Part shown: piece after piece, positions 1 to 9,316 of the stretch | Layout: each line of letters opens with the position of its first letter | Numbering within the stretch: position 1 is the first letter of the stretch | Source of the DNA: Chloroflexota bacterium | Lineage (GTDB): Bacteria; Chloroflexota; UBA11872; VXOZ01 | Direction: 5' to 3' | NCBI GenBank assembly: GCA_963663275.1 | Contig: OY760183.1 | Span: forward strand, 2,240,001-2,304,000 | DNA length: 64,000 nucleotides | The notes under the pieces: generated by a model | Database searches by the model: none | What the model saw: the letters and a program-made list of their open reading frames with translations, nothing else | What the model was told of the DNA's origin: nothing | Translations under genes and position numbers: made by a program

Positions 1-168
1 TAGCGCTACTTCATAGGCCCGGTTAATCCAGTCGCCGTATTGCTCATCGATCGAAGGAGACGTGCCGACACCGAGCAGCGCGGCATTGACGATGATGACC
101 GCAACGATGCCCGCTTCAAACGCGCGGGCGTTCGTAACGCGCTGTGCAAAGTCTGCGAATCTGTTCAC
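1..168 (-). CDS. Ion transporter / bacterial voltage-gated Na+ channel-like protein, N-terminal part (runs off the window edge)
   Basis: Not in the ORF track. Manual translation from GTG at 168 gives MNRFADFAQRVTNARAFEAGIVAVIIVNAALLGVGTSPSIDEQYGDWINRAYEVAL, resembling the S1 helix (F..I..I..N...LG..TS) of Ion_trans channels. Confidence 0.65.
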   Translation of the reverse strand, partial: MNRFADFAQRVTNARAFEAGIVAVIIVNAALLGVGTSPSIDEQYGDWINRAYEVAL

Positions 169-429
169 TGTCGCACGTCGCTGCCAGTTTCACTTGCACG
201 GCGGGAACAACGGGCCGGCTGCCCGGACATGCCGCTCGCATCCCCCAGCGCGCCCACGTACGAGGCTTCTCGAAGCAGAGGAACCTCTTCGCCGGAGATG
301 TGGGCGCCGCTTCTATATTCGTTTGCGTCAGCATTATGCCATACCTTGGCGGTAACGGCAGCGGCACGGCAAAGCGAGACGTCGCGCGCAGCGCAATGGC
401 TACGTGCAGTTTTGCGTTAAGGACTATCA

Positions 430-457
430 TTGCTAATCCAAAGAGTGCTATTATAAT
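430..457 (+). promoter_or_regulatory. Candidate sigma70-type promoter
   Basis: TTGCTA-N16-TATAAT in an AT-rich patch about 395 nt upstream of the methyltransferase. Confidence 0.45.
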
Positions 458-851
458 GACAGCAAAAGCATAGATCTGACCCCGTTAGGCGATTCTGCGC
501 TCTGAGGAAGAGGATACCAACTGCTATCTGGTCGAGCGGTAGATCTGGCGTTGGTTGCGTCAGCACTTTGCCGCGGCTTCAGGCAAGGTCGGCAGAGTGG
601 GGGCCAAGCGCGAGATTGGCAGACTGTAGCCGTCCGCGAACTCTCAGGATGGTGTAAACTTGCAATTGAAGAGAGTGCGGTCCCGGTTAGAGACGAGGTG
701 GCTCAGGAGCACAACGCGCGCAGACGGCAGGATGCCCTTGCGACTAAGAGCAGGCGGATGAGGGGCACGGCTGGCCCGGATACCGAAATGCCATGGCGCG
801 CAGCGCGGCTATGGCAAAAGCGTCAGCACAACACGCAAAGGGAGCCCGCAG

Positions 852-1685
852 ATGGTGGATACACGTTCTGCAACACCCGACTATACGATGGGCTTCAGCG
901 GCCCTTATCTCAGAGCCATTCGCAGTTCCACTGCGGAGTCTAATGCCGCCTATCTGCTCCCCTATCTCCGGCCCGGCCAGCGCGTGCTCGACTTTGGTTG
1001 CGGTCCGGGCACCATTTCTATTGGGCTGGCCGAGGCCGTAGCTCCCGGTGAACTGCACGGCATCGACATGGAAGTGTCGCAGATTGCCTTGGCTCGCTCC
1101 CTGGCCGAAGAGTCTGAGCACTCTAACGCTACATTCCACGTAGGCGACGTGACCGCACTCCCTTTCGCGGACGGCTTCTTCGACGTCGCCCATTGCCACA
1201 ACGTGCTGATGCACGTGCCGCAGACCCACGCCGTGCTGAGCGAGGTGAAACGAGTATTGAAGCCCGGCGGCATTCTGGCCTGCCGTGAAATGATCTGCGA
1301 GTCGAGCTTTACACATCCAGACTTTGGCGCGATTCGAAAGTCATGGGAGTTATTTGAAGACTTGCTCGCCTCCGATGACGGACATCCCCAGATGGGCAAG
1401 GAAATGAAGGGCCACATTCTTGCCGCCGGCTTTGCGCACGTTCGTCTGACCGGCTCGTTGAGCACGTACAGCACGCCCGAAGAGACCGGCTACGTCGTTG
1501 AATTAGTCAATGGGTGGCTCTTGTCGCCCGAGATTGCGGATGCGGCAATCAAATACGGGGCGTCGACCATGGAACTGTGCGACAGGATACGCATCGCCTA
1601 CGAGAAGTGGAAATCGCACCCCGCAGCCTTTGCCGCAATCGCGTACGGCGAAATGGTGGCCAGGAAACCTTCCTCACCGGATTGA
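852..1685 (+). CDS. Class I SAM-dependent methyltransferase (UbiE/Methyltransf_31-like)
   Basis: VLDFGCGPG motif I, GID, GDVTALPF..GFFD, RVLKPGG; GGGAG RBS. Confidence 0.9.
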   Translation: MVDTRSATPDYTMGFSGPYLRAIRSSTAESNAAYLLPYLRPGQRVLDFGCGPGTISIGLAEAVAPGELHGIDMEVSQIALARSLAEESEHSNATFHVGDVTALPFADGFFDVAHCHNVLMHVPQTHAVLSEVKRVLKPGGILACREMICESSFTHPDFGAIRKSWELFEDLLASDDGHPQMGKEMKGHILAAGFAHVRLTGSLSTYSTPEETGYVVELVNGWLLSPEIADAAIKYGASTMELCDRIRIAYEKWKSHPAAFAAIAYGEMVARKPSSPD

Positions 1686-1958
1686 ACGCAGCGCCGCGGC
1701 CCCGGGTAGCCGGTCCTTGGGCAAACTCGACGCGACGGAACCGCCCCGGTTCCGGATTCTGATTCCCCTATTGCCACCGTTGTCGTCACGTATCGAGGGA
1801 CGCTGTCGTTGGAGGCTTGTCATCCTCGCGGAACCGGCTGAGCCGGAGGAGGGCCGGCTTCGAGAACTGGGCACGTTTCCGCTAGGATAGATTACGTCGC
1901 TGGAACTCCGGTTGGCGGCGCCCGATACCCCACCCGGTCTTTCAAATAGAGGGTTGCC

Positions 1959-4427
1959 ATGAATAACGTGCTTGGCGGGCTGAGTTGGCTGGTTACGGTT
2001 CGTCCCTGGATCACGCTCCTCGTTCTTCTCCTGATAACCGTTGCGCTGGGCGCGGGAGTGCGGGTGCGAGAGCCTCTTGCGGATGCTGAATCATCCCTTC
2101 CCGAGGGCAGCGCGACTACCAAGGCCATCGAGGAAATCGATAGGCTCTTTGGAGATTCCGGTGAAGTCAGAGGGGTGACGCTGCTCTTCCGCGGCGATGC
2201 GCTCACGCCGGCGGGGCTGGCGCAGATGGCGGCCCTGCTCGACGACATCGCCGCCGACCCGGCCGTGGCGGACTTGCTGACGCCGGCCCAAGCGATGGCC
2301 GCGCCTTCGTTGCTCGTAAAGTCCCTGCTTCAGGTGGATGAATTCGAGACTGTCACGCAGGCTGAGATAGACTCCGCCCGCGAAACGCCGGGTGTGCGGC
2401 AGGCGCTGGACGCGATGACCGGGGTGGACGCGGAAGGAGTTCCGGTTGCGGTGGCCAGCATCCGCTTGCGCAACACGGGCGACGACTTCCTCGAAGACGC
2501 GGAGTGGAAGATCTATGATCTCGCGCAAGAAAGTGAAGGGCCGCTGCGTGTAAGCAGCATCTCGTTTGAGGTGTTGCTGGAAGAATCGAGAGTGGCCGCG
2601 GAGACCGGAATGCTGCCGCTGGTAGGCTTGGCGTTCGTGGTGATTGCGGTGCTGCTCTTGCTCTTCACGCGCTCGATTCTCGATGTGCTGCTCACGTTAG
2701 CGGGCCTATTCATCGGGGTGATCTGGATCATTGGGTCCGAAGGCTGGATCGGGCCGGGGGGCTTGGGCATTACCGGCCCGCCAACCACGCTTACGTCGAT
2801 GGTGCCGGTCATCATCCTCAGCCTCACCGTGGACTACGCTATTCAGACCGTATCGCATTACCGCGAGCAGCGGAATGAAGGCATGGCCGTAATCGGGGCG
2901 GTCCAAACTGGCATGCGCAACGTCACAGTCCCGCTGGTGTTGGCTGCCGTGACCACGATTGTGAGCTTCCTGGCGGGCCTGTTTTCCCCCGTAAAGATCG
3001 TTGGCGACTTTGGCATCGTCGCGGGCATGGGCGTGGGGATGAGCCTGATCGTGATGCTGACGCTGCTCCCGGCCTGCCGGACGATCATCGACCGGCGGCG
3101 TGAGGCGCGCGGCACGTTGCGGGCGCCGCGCTTGATTTCGACCTCATTGCCCGGCGTAGAGCGGGCGGCGGAGTGGCTGGGAAGAGAGGTCACGCGCGCG
3201 CCGTTGCCCTATCTCCTGCTTGTCGGGGTGGCAACCATCGCGCTTGCGTTCTCTGCCAGAGGGCTCAGGGCGGAGTTCAGCATCCGCGACGTTCTTCCCA
3301 GAGATGGAAGCGTGCTGCGGGACGTGACGACCCTCGACCAAGCCATCGGCGGCACAACGGAGATGGTCAACATCCTCGTCTCGGCTGAAGCCACCGACAC
3401 GCTCACGTTTCTGAACCTGCAAGAATTCGCGGACGCATTTGAGAACGAAGATCTCCGCCCGAGCGCGGCGGCGGGCCCCATTCAGGCATCGTACGAGTTG
3501 CTGATACGCGACTGGATCAACGACAGCGGCGAACCCGGCGACAAGTACGATCCGGAACTCGCCGCACTCTTCAAGGAAGCATCGCTCAGCTTGCAACTTG
3601 ACACGCAGCTTATGCAGCAGATCCTCGACAGAATCCGGGAAATGGATCCCGCGCTCGCGCGCACACTGGTCGACAATCCGGCCGGCGACGACGCCATGCT
3701 GCTGCAATTCCCGGCCTACACGGGCGTTCCCGAGGCGTCGAGGACGATCCAGGAAGACATCGAGGCGCTGTGGCACGGCGACGATAGCGCCATCACCGCC
3801 ACGTCGGATACCATCGTTTCATTCGTGGTTACGGACGCGATCAGGGACCGGCAGACGGAGTCCATCGGCACCACGGTCGCGGTTGCCCTCGGTGTCCTGG
3901 CGCTTTTCTTCTGGTTGACTGTGCGCCAGCCGTCGCTGGCCGTCATCGCGGTGGGGCCGACGTTCCTCGTGCTCATCTCGGTGCTGGGCACGATGGCGCT
4001 GCTGGACATTCCCTACACAGTCGTCACGTCGATCATCACGGCGCTTTCGATCGGCATCGGGGTTGACTATACCATCCACATAATTCACCGCTATCGTGAT
4101 GAGTACACGCGCCGGCGCGACCCGGAACAAGCGGCGATACGGACGCTCGCGACCACGGGTTCGGCGTTGCTGGGCTCCGCTCTGACGACGGGGCTTGGTA
4201 TCGGTGTAATGATCGCGTCCCCGCTGCTGGCGTCGCAGCAGTTCGCTATCACGGCCGCGATTACGATCGCGTACTCCCTGATCGCCTCCATCCTGGTGGT
4301 GCCGCCCGCGATGGCTGTCTGGGGCGCCTACCAGAACACGCGCCTGCGCTCGAACTTGCGGCACATGGCAGACGACCTCGATCGGGAAATCGAAGCCGTG
4401 TTCCAGCGCCAAGGGCAGGAAACGTAG
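1959..4427 (+). CDS. MMPL/RND family transporter
   Basis: Two repeats of 1 TM + large loop + 5 TM; TM4/TM10 motifs LTVDYAIQ and IGVDYTIH. Confidence 0.9.
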   Translation: MNNVLGGLSWLVTVRPWITLLVLLLITVALGAGVRVREPLADAESSLPEGSATTKAIEEIDRLFGDSGEVRGVTLLFRGDALTPAGLAQMAALLDDIAADPAVADLLTPAQAMAAPSLLVKSLLQVDEFETVTQAEIDSARETPGVRQALDAMTGVDAEGVPVAVASIRLRNTGDDFLEDAEWKIYDLAQESEGPLRVSSISFEVLLEESRVAAETGMLPLVGLAFVVIAVLLLLFTRSILDVLLTLAGLFIGVIWIIGSEGWIGPGGLGITGPPTTLTSMVPVIILSLTVDYAIQTVSHYREQRNEGMAVIGAVQTGMRNVTVPLVLAAVTTIVSFLAGLFSPVKIVGDFGIVAGMGVGMSLIVMLTLLPACRTIIDRRREARGTLRAPRLISTSLPGVERAAEWLGREVTRAPLPYLLLVGVATIALAFSARGLRAEFSIRDVLPRDGSVLRDVTTLDQAIGGTTEMVNILVSAEATDTLTFLNLQEFADAFENEDLRPSAAAGPIQASYELLIRDWINDSGEPGDKYDPELAALFKEASLSLQLDTQLMQQILDRIREMDPALARTLVDNPAGDDAMLLQFPAYTGVPEASRTIQEDIEALWHGDDSAITATSDTIVSFVVTDAIRDRQTESIGTTVAVALGVLALFFWLTVRQPSLAVIAVGPTFLVLISVLGTMALLDIPYTVVTSIITALSIGIGVDYTIHIIHRYRDEYTRRRDPEQAAIRTLATTGSALLGSALTTGLGIGVMIASPLLASQQFAITAAITIAYSLIASILVVPPAMAVWGAYQNTRLRSNLRHMADDLDREIEAVFQRQGQET

Positions 4428-4499
4428 GCGACGGCGCTGGGAACGTTGTGGAGGATTGGTTTGGTTGGCGGTTGGGAGCCAGGCTACCACGTCGTCCGC

Positions 4500-4800
4500 G
4501 TCTTCCAGGCGCTGACGAGCCGGTTCTGCACCGAGCGCACGCGCACTGCACTTCGTAGCCTACGGCGCCAGTGGCCCCGGACGGCCGGTCCCACCAGACC
4601 TGGAGCGAGCCGTCCTGATACTGCGCGTCGGCGCTCACCGGGTTCCCGATGGGGCGTGCCCACACGCGGAGGGAGCCGCTCTTCTCGGCCCGCGCGCGCA
4701 GCGCCGAGATTGGGTTGGCGGTGGTGGACGTAACCGTGGCGGTCACGTTCGCGGTGGTGGAGGGGTTGCCATTACCATGGCACGCACCGTCGATGCGAGA
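4500..4800 (-). pseudogene. Remnant of an extracellular fibronectin type III-like protein
   Basis: Frame reads ...TANVTATVTSTTANPISALRARAEK...DGSLQVWWDRPSGATGAVGYEVQC (FN3 pattern L.V.W..P....GY.V). In-frame TAG upstream, no good start, degenerates into the antisense of the MMPL gene. Boundaries approximate. Confidence 0.45.
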
Positions 4801-4825
4801 CTACGGCGCGCTTCAGAGGCATTGA

Positions 4826-4900
4826 TGGTGGACCGAGGGGGATTTGAACCCCCGACTTCTGCGATGCGAACGCAGCGCTCTCCCACTGAGCTACCGGCCC
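4826..4900 (-). tRNA. tRNA-Ala (anticodon CGC)
   Basis: Reverse complement GGGCCGGTAGCTCAGTGGGAGAGCGCTGCGTTCGCATCGCAGAAGTCGGGGGTTCAAATCCCCCTCGGTCCACCA: cloverleaf, TTC loop, G3:U70 Ala determinant, encoded CCA. Confidence 0.97.
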
Positions 4901-4905
4901 ATTTG

Positions 4906-4940
4906 CCCTCACCCTAACCCTCTCCCACGGGGAGAGGGGA
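4906..4940. repeat. REP-like palindrome, CCCTCACC family (copy 1)
   Basis: CCCTCACCCTAACCCTCTCCC-ACG-GGGAGAGGG; related copies at 5320 and 50919. Confidence 0.85.
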
Positions 4941-5025
4941 CAAGAGCGGAGTTTCGGACTGCCAATCAATCTGAACGCTGCCCGCCACGTTCACTCGGAA
5001 CTGGCGCCAATACTGGGAACTGGCG

Positions 5026-5283
5026 CTACCCCTGGGGCACGATGATGGCGCGCTTGGTGTCGCGGCCAAAGGTCTGAAATCTGACAACGCCGTCCACTTT
5101 GGCGAAGAGAGTGTGGTCTTTGCCGATGCCGACGTTTTCGCCGGCGCGAATAGGCGTGCCGCGCTGGCGCACCAGGATGTTGCCGGCGCGGACGAACTGC
5201 CCGTCGGTGCGCTTGACTCCCAATCGGCGTCCGGCGCTGTCGCGACCGTTGCGGCTGCTGCCGCCAGCTTTCTTCTGTGCCAT
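5026..5283 (-). CDS. rpmA: 50S ribosomal protein L27
   Basis: [16 protein letters not shown]...[10 protein letters not shown]...GKDHTLFA. Confidence 0.98.
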   Translation of the reverse strand: MAQKKAGGSSRNGRDSAGRRLGVKRTDGQFVRAGNILVRQRGTPIRAGENVGIGKDHTLFAKVDGVVRFQTFGRDTKRAIIVPQG

Positions 5284-5319
5284 TGTTTACATGCTCCCAG
5301 TTTCCTCGTACTCTTTTCG

Positions 5320-5354
5320 CCCTCACCCCGGCCCTCTCCCGCGGGGAGAGGGGG
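5320..5354. repeat. REP-like palindrome, CCCTCACC family (copy 2)
   Basis: CCCTCACCCCGGCCCTCTCCC-GCG-GGGAGAGGG between rplU and rpmA. Confidence 0.85.
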
Positions 5355-5379
5355 TTCTTTGAAGAGGTTGCTTGCGGCG

Positions 5380-5691
5380 CTAGGCGTCGATGGAATCGAT
5401 CTCGAGTATGGTGCGCGTGTGGCGGTGGCCGGAAAGCCGCCGGTACCGGTTCTTGGGCTTGTACTTGAACACCAGCACCTTGTCGTCCTTCTCTTCCCGC
5501 ACCACCTGGGCGCGGACGCTGGCGCCGGCAACCACCGGCGTGCCCACGGCGACGCCGGCGTCGGTGGACGCCAGCAGCACGGAATCCAGCGTAACCTCAC
5601 TGCCCGGATCCGCGTCGAGTCTCTCTACGGCGATGCGATCGCCGGGGCTGACACGGTACTGCTTGCCGGCGATTTCAACGACTGCGAACAC
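5380..5691 (-). CDS. rplU: 50S ribosomal protein L21
   Basis: FAVVEIAGKQYRV...VFKYKPKNRYRR..GHR; GTG start preceded by GAGGAG; 103 aa; upstream of rpmA. Confidence 0.97.
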   Translation of the reverse strand: MFAVVEIAGKQYRVSPGDRIAVERLDADPGSEVTLDSVLLASTDAGVAVGTPVVAGASVRAQVVREEKDDKVLVFKYKPKNRYRRLSGHRHTRTILEIDSIDA

Positions 5692-5789
5692 GGCGCTCCT
5701 CATCGATCCCTGTGACGTGCAAACGTTTGTATTCTCACTACGGGCCGAAAGCGCGCCTACCCAAAGGCGCGCATTGCCCCGCATTGCTT

Positions 5790-5818
5790 AGAATAGCAAG
5801 CGCGCGGCGCGGCGTCAA
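5790..5818 (-). promoter_or_regulatory. sigma70-type promoter of rplU-rpmA
   Basis: TTGACG-N17-TATTCT on the minus strand, followed by a GC hairpin leader. Confidence 0.65.
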
Positions 5819-5861
5819 CAACCGGCTTCGTCGCTATGGCTAGCAGGATACGTCAGCGCGA

Positions 5862-6986
5862 CTACGGCAGTTCATGATGGAGCGACGTGAGCTTGTCGGG
5901 ATTGAGCGTCACGCCCAGGCCCGCGCCGCGCGGCACCCGCAGATGCCCGTCGTCCCATTCCCACGGCTCCACCAGCACGTCGTCGGTGTACATCAGCGGC
6001 CCGATGAGGTCCGACGGCCAGTCTACGCGCCACGACGACGCGGCGAGGGCCAGTTGCGCCGCGGTGCCGACGCCGAGTTCAACCGTGCTGCCCAGCAGGA
6101 CGTGCAGTCCGGCGGCCTCGGCGACCGCGATGACCTTCTTGGCGCGGTAGATGCCGCCGCAGCCCACGGTGGATACGTTGAAAACGTCCACCGCTTCATT
6201 GCGCACGAGTTCGAGCGCGTACTCCTGCGTGCTCACGTGCTCCAGGATGGGCGTGTCTATTGCTTGGCGCACCTGGGCCATGCCGGCGACGTTTTCCTTG
6301 TCGATCGGCGTCTCTATGCCTGCCAGGTTGTACTTCTCCAGACGGCGCATGTTGGCGATGGCCTCGTCCACGTCCCAGGCGGCGTTGGCATCCAGTTTGA
6401 GATTCAAATCGTCGCCGCCGATCTCGCGAAAGAGCTTGATGCGCGCTTCGTCCAGGTCGATGTCTCGGCCTACTTTGAACTTGAACGCGTTGAAGCCCTG
6501 CGCCAGCTTTTCCTCGATCTCCGGGACCATGGCTTCCGGCGCGCGGATGTAGGCCACCCAGGAGACCCAGACGCTCTCCCGCAGGCGACCCCCGGCCAAG
6601 GCGGTGGCGGACGCGCCGTAGGCCTTGCCCAAGATGTCGTAGCAGGCGGAGTCTATCGCACAATTCACGAGCCCGCCTTGGTCCACTTCCAAAGTAAGAC
6701 GTTCCTGGTCGGTCGGGTCCCGTCCTACGAGCAGCGAGCGCAGTTTCGCGGCGACGTTTTCAGCCTCCATCGGGGAGCCGTCAGTGAGGCGCGATCCTGG
6801 AGCGAAGTCGGAAATCTCACCGAGGCCCACGATGCCGGCGTCGGTTTCGACTTCCAAGATGTGGAAGTACGATAGTTCCACGGGTTGCGCGTCGGGATTC
6901 TGGCGACCCTCTTGGCCGCCGGAGGTGAGCGTGCCGTACTGCCGCGAGACGGCAACGGGATGGACGCGAACGTCTACGATCTTCAC
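5862..6986 (-). CDS. Mandelate racemase/muconate lactonizing enzyme family protein (MLE-like subgroup)
   Basis: GTG start (VKIVDVRVHPV) after GAGGAGG; ETDAGIVGLGE, KFK, LDAN, ETP motifs. Confidence 0.88.
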   Translation of the reverse strand: MKIVDVRVHPVAVSRQYGTLTSGGQEGRQNPDAQPVELSYFHILEVETDAGIVGLGEISDFAPGSRLTDGSPMEAENVAAKLRSLLVGRDPTDQERLTLEVDQGGLVNCAIDSACYDILGKAYGASATALAGGRLRESVWVSWVAYIRAPEAMVPEIEEKLAQGFNAFKFKVGRDIDLDEARIKLFREIGGDDLNLKLDANAAWDVDEAIANMRRLEKYNLAGIETPIDKENVAGMAQVRQAIDTPILEHVSTQEYALELVRNEAVDVFNVSTVGCGGIYRAKKVIAVAEAAGLHVLLGSTVELGVGTAAQLALAASSWRVDWPSDLIGPLMYTDDVLVEPWEWDDGHLRVPRGAGLGVTLNPDKLTSLHHELP

Positions 6987-7003
6987 AAGCCTTCCTCCTC
7001 GCG

Positions 7004-7894
7004 CTACTCGTTTCCTTCCAGCCAGATAGGATTGCTCCAGGCGCGCCGCCCTTGGAAGTCGACGCACTCCAGGCGGACGTACGTGTGTTCCTTCCGCAGC
7101 GAATAGTGGGCGGAGGTGAGGGGATCGCCTTGCGGCGAGGGAATTGCCAGCCCGTGCGCGCGTTCGGACATGAAGGCAATCGTGCGCACCGGCGAGGTCT
7201 TGGCAGAAGCCACGCCGTCCTCGATGCGAAAGTCGTAGATCTCCGGCCCCTGCGTGGCGTAGAAGTCGCCGGCCGCGATTGCCGCCAGGATAGCGTCCGG
7301 CGTGCACGCGGCGGCTTTTGCCATGATCCAGCCGCCGCCGGCGTCCGGCAGTCTCCAGTGGGTGTCGTCCACGGCAAGGCCGAACAGCGGTCGCTTGCGG
7401 TCGAGCAAGCCGTCCCAGAGATACGTGCTGTCGCCCTTGTTGATGCTGACGTGGGTGCCGTAGTTGAAGACTTCGAGGCCGGTAGCGCCTTCGAGATGGG
7501 TGAGGTCGGTGGTGACGTGTCCCAGCCAGTAGGGATGCGCCAGCACCGCCAGGCCGCCGTCCGCGCGGATGGCGTCGATTGCGCCCTGGGCGTCGAGGTC
7601 CGGCGGCTGCTCGTGCATGTCGCGCAGTCCCAGACCGACGATGTGATACCCGCCGCCCGCCCGCGCGTCGTCGCCGTTGAGTTCCATCCCCGGAATGAGC
7701 ACGGGGCTGCGCTGCGGCGGCTCGTCGAAGAGGGTCAGGGTGCGGTGGTCGGTGATCGAAAGGAAGTCGTAGCCCGTCGTCCAATACCACAAACATACCA
7801 TCTCCGGCGGATAGAGCCCGTCGGAATTGGTGGAGTGGGTGTGGAGGTTTCCCTTGTACCAGTTGCCGGGCTTCTGGAAGACGGTTTGGGACAT
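7004..7894 (-). CDS. PHP-domain (CehA/McbA-like) metallohydrolase
   Basis: WYKGNLHTHSTNSDG, ITDH, AHPYW, DDTH, C-terminal AWSNPI. Confidence 0.88.
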   Translation of the reverse strand: MSQTVFQKPGNWYKGNLHTHSTNSDGLYPPEMVCLWYWTTGYDFLSITDHRTLTLFDEPPQRSPVLIPGMELNGDDARAGGGYHIVGLGLRDMHEQPPDLDAQGAIDAIRADGGLAVLAHPYWLGHVTTDLTHLEGATGLEVFNYGTHVSINKGDSTYLWDGLLDRKRPLFGLAVDDTHWRLPDAGGGWIMAKAAACTPDAILAAIAAGDFYATQGPEIYDFRIEDGVASAKTSPVRTIAFMSERAHGLAIPSPQGDPLTSAHYSLRKEHTYVRLECVDFQGRRAWSNPIWLEGNE

Positions 7895-8153
7895 GGGCGC
7901 TCGCTTTCTCTCCGTGTGAGGCGTTCCGGTTCTGTTCAGCGGTTTCCGCCTCTATTCTAGCGTATTGTCCTGCGCGTTGGATTCCAGGCGCGCGCAGCGC
8001 CGTGTAGAGACCTGGATGCTGCCAATTCGAACTTGGCGGCAATAGGCGCCGCGCCTCTTGTCCCCGGCAGCGCAGGTTCGCGCGAGACGTGCGCGCAACC
8101 TGCTACTGATGCAGGGTCGAATGAGGTCGTAGTGATCATACCGCGCGGTTTCC

Positions 8154-8181
8154 GTAGGGGCGGTTCGCGAACCGCCCCTAC
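8154..8181. repeat. GTAG-type REP-like perfect palindrome
   Basis: GTAGGGGCGGTTCGCGAACCGCCCCTAC, a 28-bp perfect inverted repeat. Confidence 0.8.
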
Positions 8182-8225
8182 GCCTCAGCCGGCGAGATAC
8201 ATGGGAGAATGGGCCGCGCCGGAAA

Positions 8226-9305
8226 CTAGGCCACGCGGTACGCGACCAAGGCTTCTTCATTCAGCGTGATGCCAAAGCCGGGCCTGTCCGGCGGCGCGAG
8301 CATGCCGTCTTCGTCCAACATGAGCGGTTCCTGGAACGTCTTGCCCCACATGGGATCCACAGTATCGCGGTAATACTCGAGGATGAGCCCGTTGGGTATG
8401 GCGGTGACCAGGTGAACGTGAATCTCCTGCGAGCCGTGGGGCGCGACGGCCAGATCGTGGGCGGCGGCGAGCGCGGCGATGCGGCGAAACTCGGTGACGC
8501 CGCCGCAGATGTTGGCGTCGGCGTTGAGGATACTGGCCGATTGGTGCTGGATCAGGTCGCGGAAACCGTAGCGCGTGTACTCGTTCTCGCCGGTGGCGAT
8601 GGGGATGCTGGTGGACTGGGCGACCCGGGCGCAGCCTTGGTAGTCATCCGCGCCCACCGGCTCCTCGAACCAGTAGATGTCGTACTTCTCCATCTGCGCC
8701 GCGATGCGGATGGCTTCGTGGGCGGGATAGGCATTGTTGGCGTCCACCATCACGCCTACGTCCGGGCCGACCGTCTCGCGCACCACGCGCACGCGCTCCA
8801 CGTCCTCGCGAATGGGCGCGCCGCCGATCTTCATCTTGACGGCACGCGCGCCCAGGCGTAGGTTTTCCGCCATTTCTTCCGCCAATTCGTTGAGGCCCTT
8901 GCCTTCTTCGTAGTAGCCGCCGGCGATGTACACCGGGATGCGCGCCGCGTAGCCGCCGAGCAGTTGGTGCACCGACTTGCCCGTGGCTTTGCCGATCAGG
9001 TCCCACAGGGCAATGTCCAGGCTGGAGATTGTGCGGGTCTCCGTGCCGCGCCGCCCAACCAGCTTAGGCACCCAGAGGGAATGCCAGATTCGTTCCACGT
9101 TGAACGGGTCTTGGCCGACGAGCAGCGGCGTGAATTGCGCCATGAGGGAAGGGTTGACGCCGCCAAGTCCGAGGCCGGCGATGCCGGCGTCGGTCTCGAT
9201 TTCCACCACGGAGAGGATGACGTCGGTGTAGGTGAACATGCCGTTGCGTATGGGTACGCGCCGGGGCCAGCGGTACTGGCGATGGGAGACGTTGGTGATC
9301 TGCAT
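8226..9305 (-). CDS. Mandelate racemase-subgroup enzyme (probable acid-sugar dehydratase/racemase)
   Basis: DIALWDLIGK, KMK, VDAN, EEP, GEN, His-Asp dyad (NAD...APHG). Confidence 0.9.
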   Translation of the reverse strand: MQITNVSHRQYRWPRRVPIRNGMFTYTDVILSVVEIETDAGIAGLGLGGVNPSLMAQFTPLLVGQDPFNVERIWHSLWVPKLVGRRGTETRTISSLDIALWDLIGKATGKSVHQLLGGYAARIPVYIAGGYYEEGKGLNELAEEMAENLRLGARAVKMKIGGAPIREDVERVRVVRETVGPDVGVMVDANNAYPAHEAIRIAAQMEKYDIYWFEEPVGADDYQGCARVAQSTSIPIATGENEYTRYGFRDLIQHQSASILNADANICGGVTEFRRIAALAAAHDLAVAPHGSQEIHVHLVTAIPNGLILEYYRDTVDPMWGKTFQEPLMLDEDGMLAPPDRPGFGITLNEEALVAYRVA

Positions 9306-9316
9306 GGTCTGTCCTT

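Noticed and set aside
431-451. CIRCE/HrcA site (GAGTGCTA half)
   Set aside because: The left half TTAGCACTC is absent and no chaperone gene is adjacent.
638-648. Glycine riboswitch motif AACTCTCAGG
   Set aside because: No upstream GGAGA or CCGAAG elements at the proper spacing.
40-943. Plus-strand ORFs at 40-420, 62-355, 144-473 and 551-943
   Set aside because: No motifs or RBS, atypical composition, and partly antisense to the ion-channel gene start.
6987-8042. 726-aa ORF suggesting a long N-terminal fusion to the enolase-family enzyme
   Set aside because: The extension is an alternate frame over the PHP gene with Arg/Pro/Ala-rich junk; a strong RBS supports GTG at 6986.
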